A stretch of DNA of 64,000 bases from Dehalococcoidia bacterium (GCA_965232835.1 OZ247426.1:924974-988973), one strand, 5' to 3'; numbered from the stretch's first letter, positions 36,607 to 45,611 are shown. Notes: generated by a model from the letters alone, not told the origin. Translations and numbers: made by a program.

Positions 36607-37701
36607 ATGACGTCAGTTGACCAACAGACGCAGCGGCGGGTCGGTCGCGTCGGCCTGACCGCCCATGACCCGGCGAAGGCTTGCCCCGGCTACGTTCTGT
36701 ACACGCCCATGGCCAGCCGGGGTGATGTTTACCTGATCGACGTTGACGGAAACGTGGCCCACCAGTGGCGGATGCCGTATCCGCCGGGCCTGTACGGCTA
36801 CCTGCTACCCAATGGCAACATATTCTACGGCGGCAAGGTCGTCGATGAGACCTGGGACCGTTTCCCATCGTGGAAGCGGTTCAAGGGCGGCGTGATGATA
36901 GAGGCCGACCGGCACGGCAACGTGGTCTGGGAGCATCGCGACCCCGAGCATCACCACGACCACCGGCGCACGGAATCTGGCGGCGCGCTCTACATGACGC
37001 TGGAGTTGATGGACCCTGACCTGGCGGCTAAAGTGCAGGGCGGAGTGCCGGATTCGGCGCCCGAGGGGATGTGGGAGGACGTGCTGGTGGAAGTGGACGC
37101 CCAGGGCAATCGCATTTGGGAGTGGCACGCCGCGGAGCACCTGGACCTGGAAAAGCACATTATCACCATGAACGACCGGCGCGACGAGTGGAGCCACGGC
37201 AACACAGTCGTGCCGCTGGGAAACGACCGGGTGATGTTCAGCTTCCGGAACATTTCCACCATAGGCATCATCGACAAGGCCAGCGGTGAAATCACCTGGC
37301 AACTGGGGTACGAGACCCTGGCCCAGCAGCACGATCCCAACATGCTGCCCAACGGCAACGTGCTGGTGTACGACAACGGCTCCCACCGCAGGAGCTCCGG
37401 CCTGCCCTTCTCGAGAGTTATCGAGGTGAATCCGGCGAACAACGAGATCGTCTGGGAATACACCGACAACCCGGCCTACAACTTCTTCAGCTCCTACATT
37501 TCGGGCGCCCGTCGCCTGCCCAACGGCAACACGCTGATCACCGAGGGGCAGTCCGGCCGGATGTTCCAGGTCACGCCGGAGTGTGAGGTGGTGTGGGAGT
37601 ACATCAACCCACACTTCCATGTGGACGCAGAGGATCAGGTCGTCAATCGGGTTTTCCGGGCGACGCACTACCTCAAGGAGGACATACCTTGGTTGGCATA
37701 A
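36607..37701 (+). CDS. Arylsulfotransferase (ASST)-like beta-propeller protein
   Basis: PGYVLYTP...VYLIDVDGNVAHQW, LPNGN repeated (LPNGNIFY, LPNGNVLV, LPNGNTLI) and SHGNTV. ATG 36607 is preceded by AGAGAGG. The family call is tentative. Confidence 0.5.
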   Translation: MTSVDQQTQRRVGRVGLTAHDPAKACPGYVLYTPMASRGDVYLIDVDGNVAHQWRMPYPPGLYGYLLPNGNIFYGGKVVDETWDRFPSWKRFKGGVMIEADRHGNVVWEHRDPEHHHDHRRTESGGALYMTLELMDPDLAAKVQGGVPDSAPEGMWEDVLVEVDAQGNRIWEWHAAEHLDLEKHIITMNDRRDEWSHGNTVVPLGNDRVMFSFRNISTIGIIDKASGEITWQLGYETLAQQHDPNMLPNGNVLVYDNGSHRRSSGLPFSRVIEVNPANNEIVWEYTDNPAYNFFSSYISGARRLPNGNTLITEGQSGRMFQVTPECEVVWEYINPHFHVDAEDQVVNRVFRATHYLKEDIPWLA

Positions 37702-37862
37702 TAAGGACTTCTGGAATGACGGAGAGGCATTCTCGAGGCCAATGAGAACCGGGTGGTGGTGAGCTTGTCGAACCATCAACGGATTGCAGGGAACAGTCTA
37801 TCTACAGGCGCTGGTCCAACGGTCTACTTCAACCAAAGGCTTAGAAGAAGCTATGAGCAGGC

Positions 37863-37886
37863 GGGCGCACGGCTGTGCGCCCCTAC
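37863..37886. repeat. CCCCTAC-family hairpin repeat (variant)
   Basis: GGGCGCAC-GGCT-GTGCGCCC followed by CTAC. Confidence 0.6.
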
Positions 37887-37932
37887 GATTTCGGGATACC
37901 CACGGCCCAGAGGGTGGGAGGGGAAATCAAGC

Positions 37933-38421
37933 ATGTATCAGGTACTGGTTCTCATACACCTAATCTCCGCCATAACGTGGCTTGGCGGGATGCTGTTCCT
38001 GCTGATGGTGATGATACCCCTGGCCCGGCGGAACGCAGACGTGGGTTTCGGAACCCTGCGAGCAGCCGCGGAGAAGTTCGTGCCCATTGCATGGGCAGCG
38101 AAACTGGTACTGGCAGGATCAGGCGCCTACCTCGCATGGGAGTACTGGAACGTCCGCCCGGACACGTTCTTCACTGGCAGCACAGACTTTCTCGATTACC
38201 TGCAGAGGAAGACCGGCGTTTTCCTAATCGTGATCATCCTCAGCTTCGTCCACGACTTCTGGCTGGGGCCGCGAATGATGGACAGACTGGAACAAGCACG
38301 AGCCATCGGCGCGGAGCTGCCCAGAGGAGTAGGCCGGCTATTCGTTCAGTGGGCCGCCCGCATCAACCTGCTGCTGGTGCTGTGGATCGTGGCATTTGCG
38401 GTGTGGATGACGCGATCTTAA
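37933..38421 (+). CDS. CopD-like / DUF-type integral membrane protein (162 aa)
   Basis: MYQVLVLIHLISAITWLGGMLFLLMV... with 4 TM segments. ATG 37933 is preceded by GGAGGGG. The track's N-terminal extension runs through a repeat. Confidence 0.45.
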   Translation: MYQVLVLIHLISAITWLGGMLFLLMVMIPLARRNADVGFGTLRAAAEKFVPIAWAAKLVLAGSGAYLAWEYWNVRPDTFFTGSTDFLDYLQRKTGVFLIVIILSFVHDFWLGPRMMDRLEQARAIGAELPRGVGRLFVQWAARINLLLVLWIVAFAVWMTRS

Positions 38422-38450
38422 TACCCAAAGCTGTGTCATTAATAGTCAAC

Positions 38451-38518
38451 GGGGCGCCCGCAAGGGACGCCCCTACCTCTTGAACGCTATTCCGCAGGGG
38501 CAACCCTTGCGGTTGCCC
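38451..38518. repeat. Inverted pair of CCCCTAC-family hairpin repeats
   Basis: GGGGCGCCCGCAAGGGACGCCCCTAC (38451-38476) and the inverted GCAGGGGCAACCCTTGCGGTTGCCC (38494-38518), separated by a 17-nt spacer. This is the same architecture as at 7237-7304. Confidence 0.8.
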
Positions 38519-38550
38519 TGCTCTCCCATCAATGCAACATCGGGAAACTA

Positions 38551-39351
38551 TTAGCGCGCGGAGGGGAAGTTCGGGTCACGTTTCTCTCGGACGGAATCGA
38601 GGCCCTCGCGGACATCGGGGCCCATGAAGTTGAGCATCTCGAGGGCCAGCGAATAGTCGAAGGCGGTGTGCTCGGCCATGCGCAGCCATTGGTTCAGCGA
38701 ACGCTTGGTGTATCGGATGGCCGGCTGGGGGCCGTCGGCGAGCTTCCGGGCGACGGTCATGGACCGCTCCATCAGCTCGTCGTGGGGCACGCAGAGGCTG
38801 ACGAGGCCCAAGCGTTCCGCCTCGGTGCCGTCCAGGAACTCGCAGGTCAGCAGGTAGTACTTGGCCTTGGCCATGCCCATCAGCAGGGGCCAGATGACGG
38901 CGGCATGGTCGCCAGCCGCCACGCCGAGGCGTACATGCCCGTCGGTGAAGCGCGCGCGTTCCGAGGCGATGGAGATGTCGGCCAGCAGCGCCACCGCCAG
39001 GCCTGCGCCCACGGCCACGCCGTTGATGGCGGAGATTACCGGCTTGTCCAGGTTGATCATGTTGTGAACGATGTCGCGGGCCTCCTGCATGGTGCCCGCA
39101 ATCACTTCAGCATTGCCGATGGACTGCTCGATCATGTCGAAGTCGCCGCCGGCGGAGAAGGCGTTGCCCGCGCCGGTGATGACGGTCACCCGCACCTCCG
39201 GATCCTTACCCAGGTCCAGCCATACCCGCGAGAGTTCGTTGTGCAGCGTGAACCCGGTGGCGTTGAAAACCTCGGGACGGTTCATGGTCAGGAGGGCGAT
39301 GCCGTCCTTCTTTTCGATGAGCAGGTCCTGGTAGCCGCTGTAATCAACCAT
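38551..39351 (-). CDS. Enoyl-CoA hydratase/isomerase (crotonase family)
   Basis: [48 protein letters not shown]. Confidence 0.92.
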   Translation of the reverse strand: MVDYSGYQDLLIEKKDGIALLTMNRPEVFNATGFTLHNELSRVWLDLGKDPEVRVTVITGAGNAFSAGGDFDMIEQSIGNAEVIAGTMQEARDIVHNMINLDKPVISAINGVAVGAGLAVALLADISIASERARFTDGHVRLGVAAGDHAAVIWPLLMGMAKAKYYLLTCEFLDGTEAERLGLVSLCVPHDELMERSMTVARKLADGPQPAIRYTKRSLNQWLRMAEHTAFDYSLALEMLNFMGPDVREGLDSVREKRDPNFPSAR

Positions 39352-39367
39352 TGATGGCAGTCCTTTT

Positions 39368-39446
39368 TGTCTGAATCGGGATTTGAGGATTCACCGGATG
39401 GTAAGAACTTGAAAATCATAGAATCCGGCAAATCAGGATTCAGACA
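39368..39446. repeat. 79-nt intergenic element with TGTCTGAATC / GATTCAGACA terminal inverted repeats (second copy)
   Basis: It starts TGTCTGAATCGGGATTT and ends ATCAGGATTCAGACA. Compare 8589-8681. Confidence 0.6.
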
Positions 39447-39455
39447 ATAGATTTA

Positions 39456-40688
39456 TCAGTAGAGTGAGCCGTCTTCTTTGAGGGCATCGATGCGCGATTC
39501 GGGCATACCGAGTATCTCGCTGAACACGTAGTCGTTGTCCTCGCCGACGTACCTGTAATCGCCGAATTCCATGGGCGTTTCGGATAGCCGCGCCGGGGTG
39601 GTCCAGGCCAGGCTGTCGCGCTTCTCCCATTCCCACGCAGGCGTGCCGCGCTCGGCGACGTAGTAGGGCGTGGGCCGGTAGAAGTCCCGAGCCTTCAGGT
39701 GTTCGCTGGAGTACAGGTCGTCGCCCTGGGAAACGATGCTGGCTGGGACACCCTCGGCCTGCATGCCTGCCATCACGTCATCGGCGGTACGCTGGGCAGT
39801 CCACACGCCGATGAGGGCGTCGAGGCGGTCCTGGTTGGCGATGCGGCTTTCCATCGTGCTGAACTCGGGCTCGCCGACCCAGTCGGGATTGCCCGTGGCC
39901 CGGCGGAAACCGTCCCACTCCTCGTCGGTTCGCACCGCGATGGCACACCAGCGGTCCTCGCCCTGGCACTGATACACGCCGTGGGGAGCGCTGTCGGTGC
40001 CGCGATTGGCGATGCGCTCCGGCATCCGCCCGTTGACCTGGTAGTCCAGTATGGCCGGGCCGGCGGTGAGGGCGCCGGACTTGAAAATTGAGGACTCCAT
40101 GGTCGTCGGTTCGCCCGTCATTCGGCGCCGCATCAGGGCTCCGATGATGGCCGACGGCTGGAACACTCCGGTGTGGTAGTCGGAATAGGACGTGTTGATT
40201 GCAGAGGGAGGTTCACCCTCATTGCCGGACATCAGCGAGACGCCGCCCATGTGCTGCACCAGGATACCGTATGACTTGTAGGTGTAGTAGGGGCCGATTC
40301 CTCCCAGCCCGGTCTGCCACATCAGGATTATGTCGGGACGGAGTTGCCGGACTGCCGGAAAGTCGATGCCCCATCGGCCGAGGATGTTGCGGCGGAAGTT
40401 GGTCATGAATACGTCGCTGACCTTGACCAGCTCCTGGAAGACCTCCAGTCCGCCGGGGGTGCGCACATCGATGGACACCCGCTTCTTGGCTCGCTGGAAG
40501 TCGGGTTGGCCCGCGCCACGGGACCACGCAGGGATGAAGGACATCTCATCGAGCACCTTGTTGGTCTCGACCTTGATCACCTCGGCGCCCATCGAGGCCA
40601 GGATGCGTCCGGTGAGGGGCAACGCGACGTATGGGCCCAGTTCCAGCACACGAATTCCCTGGAGGGCTTTCCTTCCGTTTTCGACCAC
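39456..40688 (-). CDS. Family III CoA-transferase (CaiB/BaiF), B-type subunit (paralog of 13978-15195)
   Basis: LQGIRVLELGPYVALPLTGRILASMGAEVIKVE. It retains the Asp motif SYSDYHTGVFQPSAIIGAL. The GTG start immediately follows the upstream TAG. Confidence 0.85.
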   Translation of the reverse strand: MVENGRKALQGIRVLELGPYVALPLTGRILASMGAEVIKVETNKVLDEMSFIPAWSRGAGQPDFQRAKKRVSIDVRTPGGLEVFQELVKVSDVFMTNFRRNILGRWGIDFPAVRQLRPDIILMWQTGLGGIGPYYTYKSYGILVQHMGGVSLMSGNEGEPPSAINTSYSDYHTGVFQPSAIIGALMRRRMTGEPTTMESSIFKSGALTAGPAILDYQVNGRMPERIANRGTDSAPHGVYQCQGEDRWCAIAVRTDEEWDGFRRATGNPDWVGEPEFSTMESRIANQDRLDALIGVWTAQRTADDVMAGMQAEGVPASIVSQGDDLYSSEHLKARDFYRPTPYYVAERGTPAWEWEKRDSLAWTTPARLSETPMEFGDYRYVGEDNDYVFSEILGMPESRIDALKEDGSLY

Positions 40689-41924
40689 CTAGATGACCCC
40701 CTCGCTCCTCAGTGATGCCAATTCTGCCTCAGTAAGCCCCAGCTCGCCCGCGTAAATGGCCTCGTTGTCCTGCCCCAGATCGGGCGCTGCCTGCGTACGC
40801 GGCGAGACCTCCTCGCTGTCGAACACGCCCTGCGGGTACTGCACCGTGCCCGTCTCCGGGTGGTCAATGCCGAACCAGAAATTGCTCTGCTCAAGCTGCG
40901 GGTCGGCCAGCAAATCGGAGACAGTGTTGACCGGCAGGACCACCAGGTTGCGGCGCTGGCCCTCGTGGAACAGGTACTCGCTGGTGTACCGCGTGGTGAA
41001 GTCAATGACCATGGCAGTGATGATGTCGTTGTATGGCGCTCGGTCCTGGTTGCCCCCCCGGTAGGCCTCGTTCAGGACCTCCTCGTTGCCGGTCACCTCG
41101 TAGATCCACTGGGCCAGGGTGTCCCACTCGCGGGGAGTGATGATCCCGGCTGAAATCCAGCCATCGGCGCTGGGGTAGGCTCCCAGGGGAATGACCAGGG
41201 TGGAGGTTGCGCCGACGCGGGTGACGTTGTCGCCCAGCAGCATCCAGGCCAGGGCAGGATGGGCATCGGTGTAGTAGGTGATCAACGCCTCCTGCAGTGA
41301 AACGTCGATGTGCTGGCCCTCGCCGCCGTTGAAGTCGCGGTGGTACAGGGCGCCGAGAATGGATGCGGCGGCGTACTGCGCCCCGGGGAAGTGGGACTGG
41401 TCGTTGCCCTGCCGCATGGGGGGCCCGTCTGGCTCCCCGGTGATCTGCATGAATCCGCTAGACGCCAGGGCGATGAGGTCGTTGGACTTGTAGTCCTTCC
41501 ACGGACCGGTCTGGCCGAAGGGCGTCACCGATGCCATCACGATGCCTGGATTTACCTGCCGCAGGCTCTCGAATCCGAGGCCGAGGGAGTCCAGGTAGCC
41601 TACGGGGTAACTCTCAACGATCACGTCGGAATCCGTGACAAGCCGCCGGAACAAGTCCCTACCTCGCTCCGTCCGGATATCCAGCGTAATGGAGCGCTTG
41701 TTGGTGTTATAAAAGAGGAAATACAGGCTCCGGTCCGGCCCTTCTTCGTCGCCGGCAAAGGGCCCCCGTGAGCGGGACGGATCACCGCCGGGCGGCTCAA
41801 CGCGCACCACGTCGGCGCCGTAGTCGGCCAGCAACTTGCCGCAGAAAACGGCCTCCGGACCGCTGAGGTCCAGCACCCGGTACGGTGGGAAGAGCCGGCC
41901 TTCGTCCGGCATTTGTAGGGGCAT
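40689..41924 (-). CDS. Family III CoA-transferase (CaiB/BaiF), A-type subunit (paralog of 12719-13978)
   Basis: YRVLDLSGPEAVFCGKLLADYGADVVRVEPPGG, IVMASVTPFGQTGPW, ASSGFMQITG. The position aligned to the catalytic Asp is Phe (SHFPGA). Confidence 0.88.
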   Translation of the reverse strand: MPLQMPDEGRLFPPYRVLDLSGPEAVFCGKLLADYGADVVRVEPPGGDPSRSRGPFAGDEEGPDRSLYFLFYNTNKRSITLDIRTERGRDLFRRLVTDSDVIVESYPVGYLDSLGLGFESLRQVNPGIVMASVTPFGQTGPWKDYKSNDLIALASSGFMQITGEPDGPPMRQGNDQSHFPGAQYAAASILGALYHRDFNGGEGQHIDVSLQEALITYYTDAHPALAWMLLGDNVTRVGATSTLVIPLGAYPSADGWISAGIITPREWDTLAQWIYEVTGNEEVLNEAYRGGNQDRAPYNDIITAMVIDFTTRYTSEYLFHEGQRRNLVVLPVNTVSDLLADPQLEQSNFWFGIDHPETGTVQYPQGVFDSEEVSPRTQAAPDLGQDNEAIYAGELGLTEAELASLRSEGVI

Positions 41925-42125
41925 AATGCAGCTGCGTTCCTTCTTTCATGTGCCATCTGGCCGCGATACGGAGCCAGAGCAGCCTTGGGATTGTAGGAAG
42001 GCAAGGTAATGGCGTCAAGTTGTGCGTCTCTTTCCGAGGACCGTTCGGGAAGCTGCACAGTCATCGAGCACTGTTATAATGCGGCTTCCGATTTATCGAC
42101 ACTTGACCACTGATCGGGGCTGCAC

Positions 42126-43391
42126 TTGACCTCTTACCTGGCCGCCACCAGAGACCGCTTCCTTCTCGGGCTGAAATACGCCGACTACCGCACCATGTGG
42201 ATCGCCACCACCTGCTCCGGGGCGGCGGCCTGGGCCCTCATCGTCATCCGGGGCTATCTGGCCTGGGAACTCACGGAGGCGTCCCTGTGGGTTGGGATCA
42301 TCACCTTTGCGGCGATGTTTCCCCGGGTGTTCTCGACGCCCTTCGTCGGATACCTCGCCGACCGCTTTGACCGACAGACTCTGCTGAGGGGGATATTCGC
42401 GCTCAACCTGGGCCACAACATCCTGCTTGGCTTCCTGGTGATGAACGATCTGGCAGGGCCGTGGGCGCTGACCTTCCTGGCCCTGTTCAACGGCACCCTC
42501 CGCGCTGGGCAGATGACTGTGTCCCAGGCCCTGATTCCCAACCTGGTGCCCCGTGAGCATCTTCTGAACGCGTTGGCGCTGAACCAGGCCACGCAGCAGG
42601 GCTCCAGGCTGGTCGGGCCCGCTCTGATACTCCCATTGCTGGCTTTCGTCAGCCTGGACGCCGCGTTCTGGTTCTGCAGCGTCTTTTACCTGATCGGGTT
42701 CATCCAGATGTCCCGCGTGAAGACCCGGTCGACAGGCAAGATCGACGAGTCCCGCACCTTCTGGAGCAACCTGATAGCCGGGTTTGAATACATCTACACC
42801 CGACCGCGACTGCTCTTCATGGTCCTGCTGGTGGTGGCCCACTGCGCCTTCGTGATGTCCTACGAATCGATTCTGCCGGCCATTTCCGAAGTTAAACTGG
42901 GCGCCGGGTCGGTCGGTGTGACTTACCTGATGGGCGGGGTGGGGGCTGGCGCGCTGATTTCGTCGGTCTTTCTGGCCGGAATTCGTGGGCCATCGGCGAG
43001 GGGCAAGATTTTCCTCCTGTTCGGCGTGCTCAGTGCCGCGGCGCCCATTCTGCTGGCCGCGTCCACCATGAGAGAGGTCTCGATCATAGCCACCGTGCTC
43101 ATCGGCGCGACGCAGGCCGGCTTCATGACCATCAGCCACACTGTAATCCAGATGCTGACCGACGACTCGGTGCGAGGGCGCGTCGCGGGCGTATACTCGG
43201 TGCACGTGGGAGGCAGCATGGCCATTACCAATATGATCGGGGCCGTCCTTTCCGACGTGTTTACCGCTCCGTCGGTGATGCTGGTGGGAGGACTGCTGTT
43301 CCTGGGCGCCATGGTCGTGAGCTTCGGCAGCGGCACGCTGCGCCGTGTCTACTTCCCGGTGCCCGCCGTCCCTGCCGCGGCCTCTGCCTGA
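42126..43391 (+). CDS. MFS transporter
   Basis: About 12 TM segments, with the loop motif GYLADRFDRQ after TM2. TTG start per the track; the exact start is uncertain. Confidence 0.85.
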   Translation: MTSYLAATRDRFLLGLKYADYRTMWIATTCSGAAAWALIVIRGYLAWELTEASLWVGIITFAAMFPRVFSTPFVGYLADRFDRQTLLRGIFALNLGHNILLGFLVMNDLAGPWALTFLALFNGTLRAGQMTVSQALIPNLVPREHLLNALALNQATQQGSRLVGPALILPLLAFVSLDAAFWFCSVFYLIGFIQMSRVKTRSTGKIDESRTFWSNLIAGFEYIYTRPRLLFMVLLVVAHCAFVMSYESILPAISEVKLGAGSVGVTYLMGGVGAGALISSVFLAGIRGPSARGKIFLLFGVLSAAAPILLAASTMREVSIIATVLIGATQAGFMTISHTVIQMLTDDSVRGRVAGVYSVHVGGSMAITNMIGAVLSDVFTAPSVMLVGGLLFLGAMVVSFGSGTLRRVYFPVPAVPAAASA

Positions 43392-43441
43392 TCCCGACTG
43401 AAATTCTTGGAATCCTGAAAGTATTTTCCGGAGGAACTTCC

Positions 43442-44761
43442 ATGGCCAATGAAGTTGACCGCTACATCGAAAGGACTACAAAGTCGAGGGAGGCTTGGGA
43501 GGAAGCGAAGCGCTACCTGCCCGGGGGCGACAGCCGGAACTCGATCTTCTGGAACCCGTACCCCATCTTTGTTGACCAGGCAAGCGGTGCCCACGTCGTC
43601 GACGCCGACGGCACCGACCGCTTGGACTTCATCGGCACCATGACGACGTTGATACTGGGGCACGCGCCGGAGCCGGTGATGGACGCGGTGCACGCGCAGC
43701 TGGACCAGGGCGTGGTGTACAACGCTCCCAACCGGCACCAGGTACGGCTGGCGAAGCTGCTGTGCGAGCGTATCCCGAGCTTCGACCTGGTGCGGTTCAC
43801 CAATTCCGGTACCGAAGCGACCCTGAACACCATACGAGCCGCCCGGGCTTTCACTAGCCGCAGCCTGATTGCCAAGGCGGAGGGCGGCTACCACGGCAGC
43901 CACGACGTCGTGAGCGTCAGTGTGCGGGTTGATCCGAGCAAAGCCGGGGAACGGCTGCATCCTGATGCCCTGCCAGCTACGGAAGGCCTGGCCGAGGGTG
44001 TTCTGGATTCGGTGGTGGTGATCCCCTTCAACGAGACTGCACCGGCGCGGGAAATACTGGAGCAGCACAAGGACGAACTGGCCGCCGTCATCGTGGAGCC
44101 CATGCTTGGCTCGGTGGGAATGCTGCCCGCCACCCACGAGTTCCTGGCCATGCTCCGTGAGTTCGCCACCGAGAACGGCGTGGTGCTGATATTCGACGAG
44201 GTCATCAGTTTCCGGGTTGCGCCAGGAGGGTCCCAGGAATACTACGGCGTCACGCCTGACATGACCTCGCTGGGCAAGATTGTCGGCGGCGGGTTCGCCG
44301 TGGGGGCCTTCGGAGGACGCGAGGACATCATGCAGCTGTACGACCCGACTACTGGCCCACGGGTGGCTCACGCCGGCACCTTCAACGCCAACCCGGCCAC
44401 CATGCTGGCGGGCGCGGTCACGCTGGAGCAGCTTACGCCCGAAGTCTACCGCCGCCTGGCCGAGGTCACCGAGCACTTGCGCTACGGGCTGAGGGAGGTG
44501 GGCCGGGAGCTGGAAGTGCCGGTGCAGGTGACCGGCTTGGGGTCGCTGTTCGGAATCCACTTCCAGGATGAGGACATCGTGGGCTACCGCGACATCGCCC
44601 GTGAGGATTCGGCGTTCCGGCACAACGTGTTCCTCGGCTTGCTGAACGAGGGCATCCTCATAGCCCCCAACCTGGTGGGCGCAATCTCAACGGTTCTCGG
44701 AGAGGACGAGGTGGACACCTTCGTCGACGCATTCCGGACGGTGCTGCAGCGGCAGGTTTAA
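43442..44761 (+). CDS. Class-III PLP aminotransferase (glutamate-1-semialdehyde aminomutase-like)
   Basis: LPGGDSRN, FTNSGTEA, IFDEVISFR, and the PLP-lysine context TSLGKIVGGGFAVGAFGG. RBS GGAGG. Confidence 0.9.
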   Translation: MANEVDRYIERTTKSREAWEEAKRYLPGGDSRNSIFWNPYPIFVDQASGAHVVDADGTDRLDFIGTMTTLILGHAPEPVMDAVHAQLDQGVVYNAPNRHQVRLAKLLCERIPSFDLVRFTNSGTEATLNTIRAARAFTSRSLIAKAEGGYHGSHDVVSVSVRVDPSKAGERLHPDALPATEGLAEGVLDSVVVIPFNETAPAREILEQHKDELAAVIVEPMLGSVGMLPATHEFLAMLREFATENGVVLIFDEVISFRVAPGGSQEYYGVTPDMTSLGKIVGGGFAVGAFGGREDIMQLYDPTTGPRVAHAGTFNANPATMLAGAVTLEQLTPEVYRRLAEVTEHLRYGLREVGRELEVPVQVTGLGSLFGIHFQDEDIVGYRDIAREDSAFRHNVFLGLLNEGILIAPNLVGAISTVLGEDEVDTFVDAFRTVLQRQV

Positions 44762-44785
44762 GTACGCGAGCGATCCGAAGACGAG

Positions 44786-44812
44786 AGACCCCGCCTTTGT
44801 CAGGCGGGGTCT
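44786..44812. terminator. Hairpin terminator between convergent genes
   Basis: A 10-bp perfect stem AGACCCCGCC / GGCGGGGTCT with a 7-nt loop, followed by ACGTGTTTCC. Confidence 0.6.
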
Positions 44813-44846
44813 ACGTGTTTCCGGGCAATCGGCTTGCCGCCACGAA

Positions 44847-45158
44847 CTATACGAAGTCCTCTCGGCGGAACAACGTGGTGGTCTCGATGCGCTGCGGGTC
44901 GCCGTCGAACCAGTCGCCAACGGCCTCGCGCCACGCCGCGTAGTGGGGCATGCCACGGTGGGCCGTCTCCCAGGCGTCGCGGTCCTCGTAGACCTCGTAG
45001 AGGTAGACGGTATTGGGGTCGTTGTTGTCAGCGAGCACATCGAATCGAATGCAGCGGGGCTCCTTGGTGTTCGAGCCCTCGGCGTCGCCCTTGGTGGCCG
45101 CGATGAACTCGTCTCGGTGGCCATCTTTGATCTTGACGGTAACGAACAGGGTGAACAT
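44847..45158 (-). CDS. Antibiotic-biosynthesis-monooxygenase (ABM) domain protein / putative quinol monooxygenase
   Basis: A 103-aa ferredoxin-like fold pattern: LFVTVKIKDGHRDEFIAA...C.RFDVL...DPNTVYLYEVYEDRDAWETH. RBS GGAGG. Confidence 0.8.
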   Translation of the reverse strand: MFTLFVTVKIKDGHRDEFIAATKGDAEGSNTKEPRCIRFDVLADNNDPNTVYLYEVYEDRDAWETAHRGMPHYAAWREAVGDWFDGDPQRIETTTLFRREDFV

Positions 45159-45395
45159 TGTTCCTCCATCCCCGGGGCCGGCCAGTTGGGGCGCGGCTGT
45201 GCCGGGCGGCAGAATTTTGTGGCTCGTCGAACCGCCTCGTTTTCATCAATGGGCGGGCCTACGGCGGTGTAATTATAGTCCGCGCATTCCGGCGTCGGCA
45301 ATCTGGGAGCAGGTTGGCGCAGCTTAATGGCGCGTTGTAGAATTGCCCTGCAGCAATGGCTTGGGAAGTGCCGCATCCTGCAGAGGAGGCCCCGA

Positions 45396-45611
45396 ATGGC
45401 CGACATACCGGTTGTTTACACCCTTACCGTTTGACCCGCCAGTGATGCTCTGCGCTTGGCGTGGAAACGGGAAGGCATTGAATACGAGGAAAAGCGTGTG
45501 GACCAGAGCCAGGACACGCTGGACGAGGCCCTGGACTACGGGGATGCCGTGCCCATCATCGTCTATCCGGACGGGAAGGTGGAGGTGGGATTCAGAGGCA
45601 TGACCGGTTGA
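45396..45611 (+). CDS. Glutaredoxin/NrdH-like protein with in-frame TGA at the active-site Cys position (candidate selenoprotein, or a recent pseudogene)
   Basis: GGAGG (45384-45388) lies 7 nt before the ATG. My translation is MADIPVVYTLTV[TGA 45432-45434]PASDALRLAWKREGIEYEEKRVDQSQDTLDEALDYGDAVPIIVYPDGKVEVGFRGMTG*. The TGA replaces the first Cys of the CPxC motif. The ORF is not in the track because the TGA splits it. Confidence 0.5.

Noticed and set aside
45343-45603. The 86-aa ORF in the track covering the Grx-like locus.
   Set aside because: It is in a different frame from the Grx-like reading. It is Arg/Trp/Pro-rich with no motif and no RBS. The frame starting at 45396 has a strong SD and clear glutaredoxin-like sequence on both sides of the TGA.
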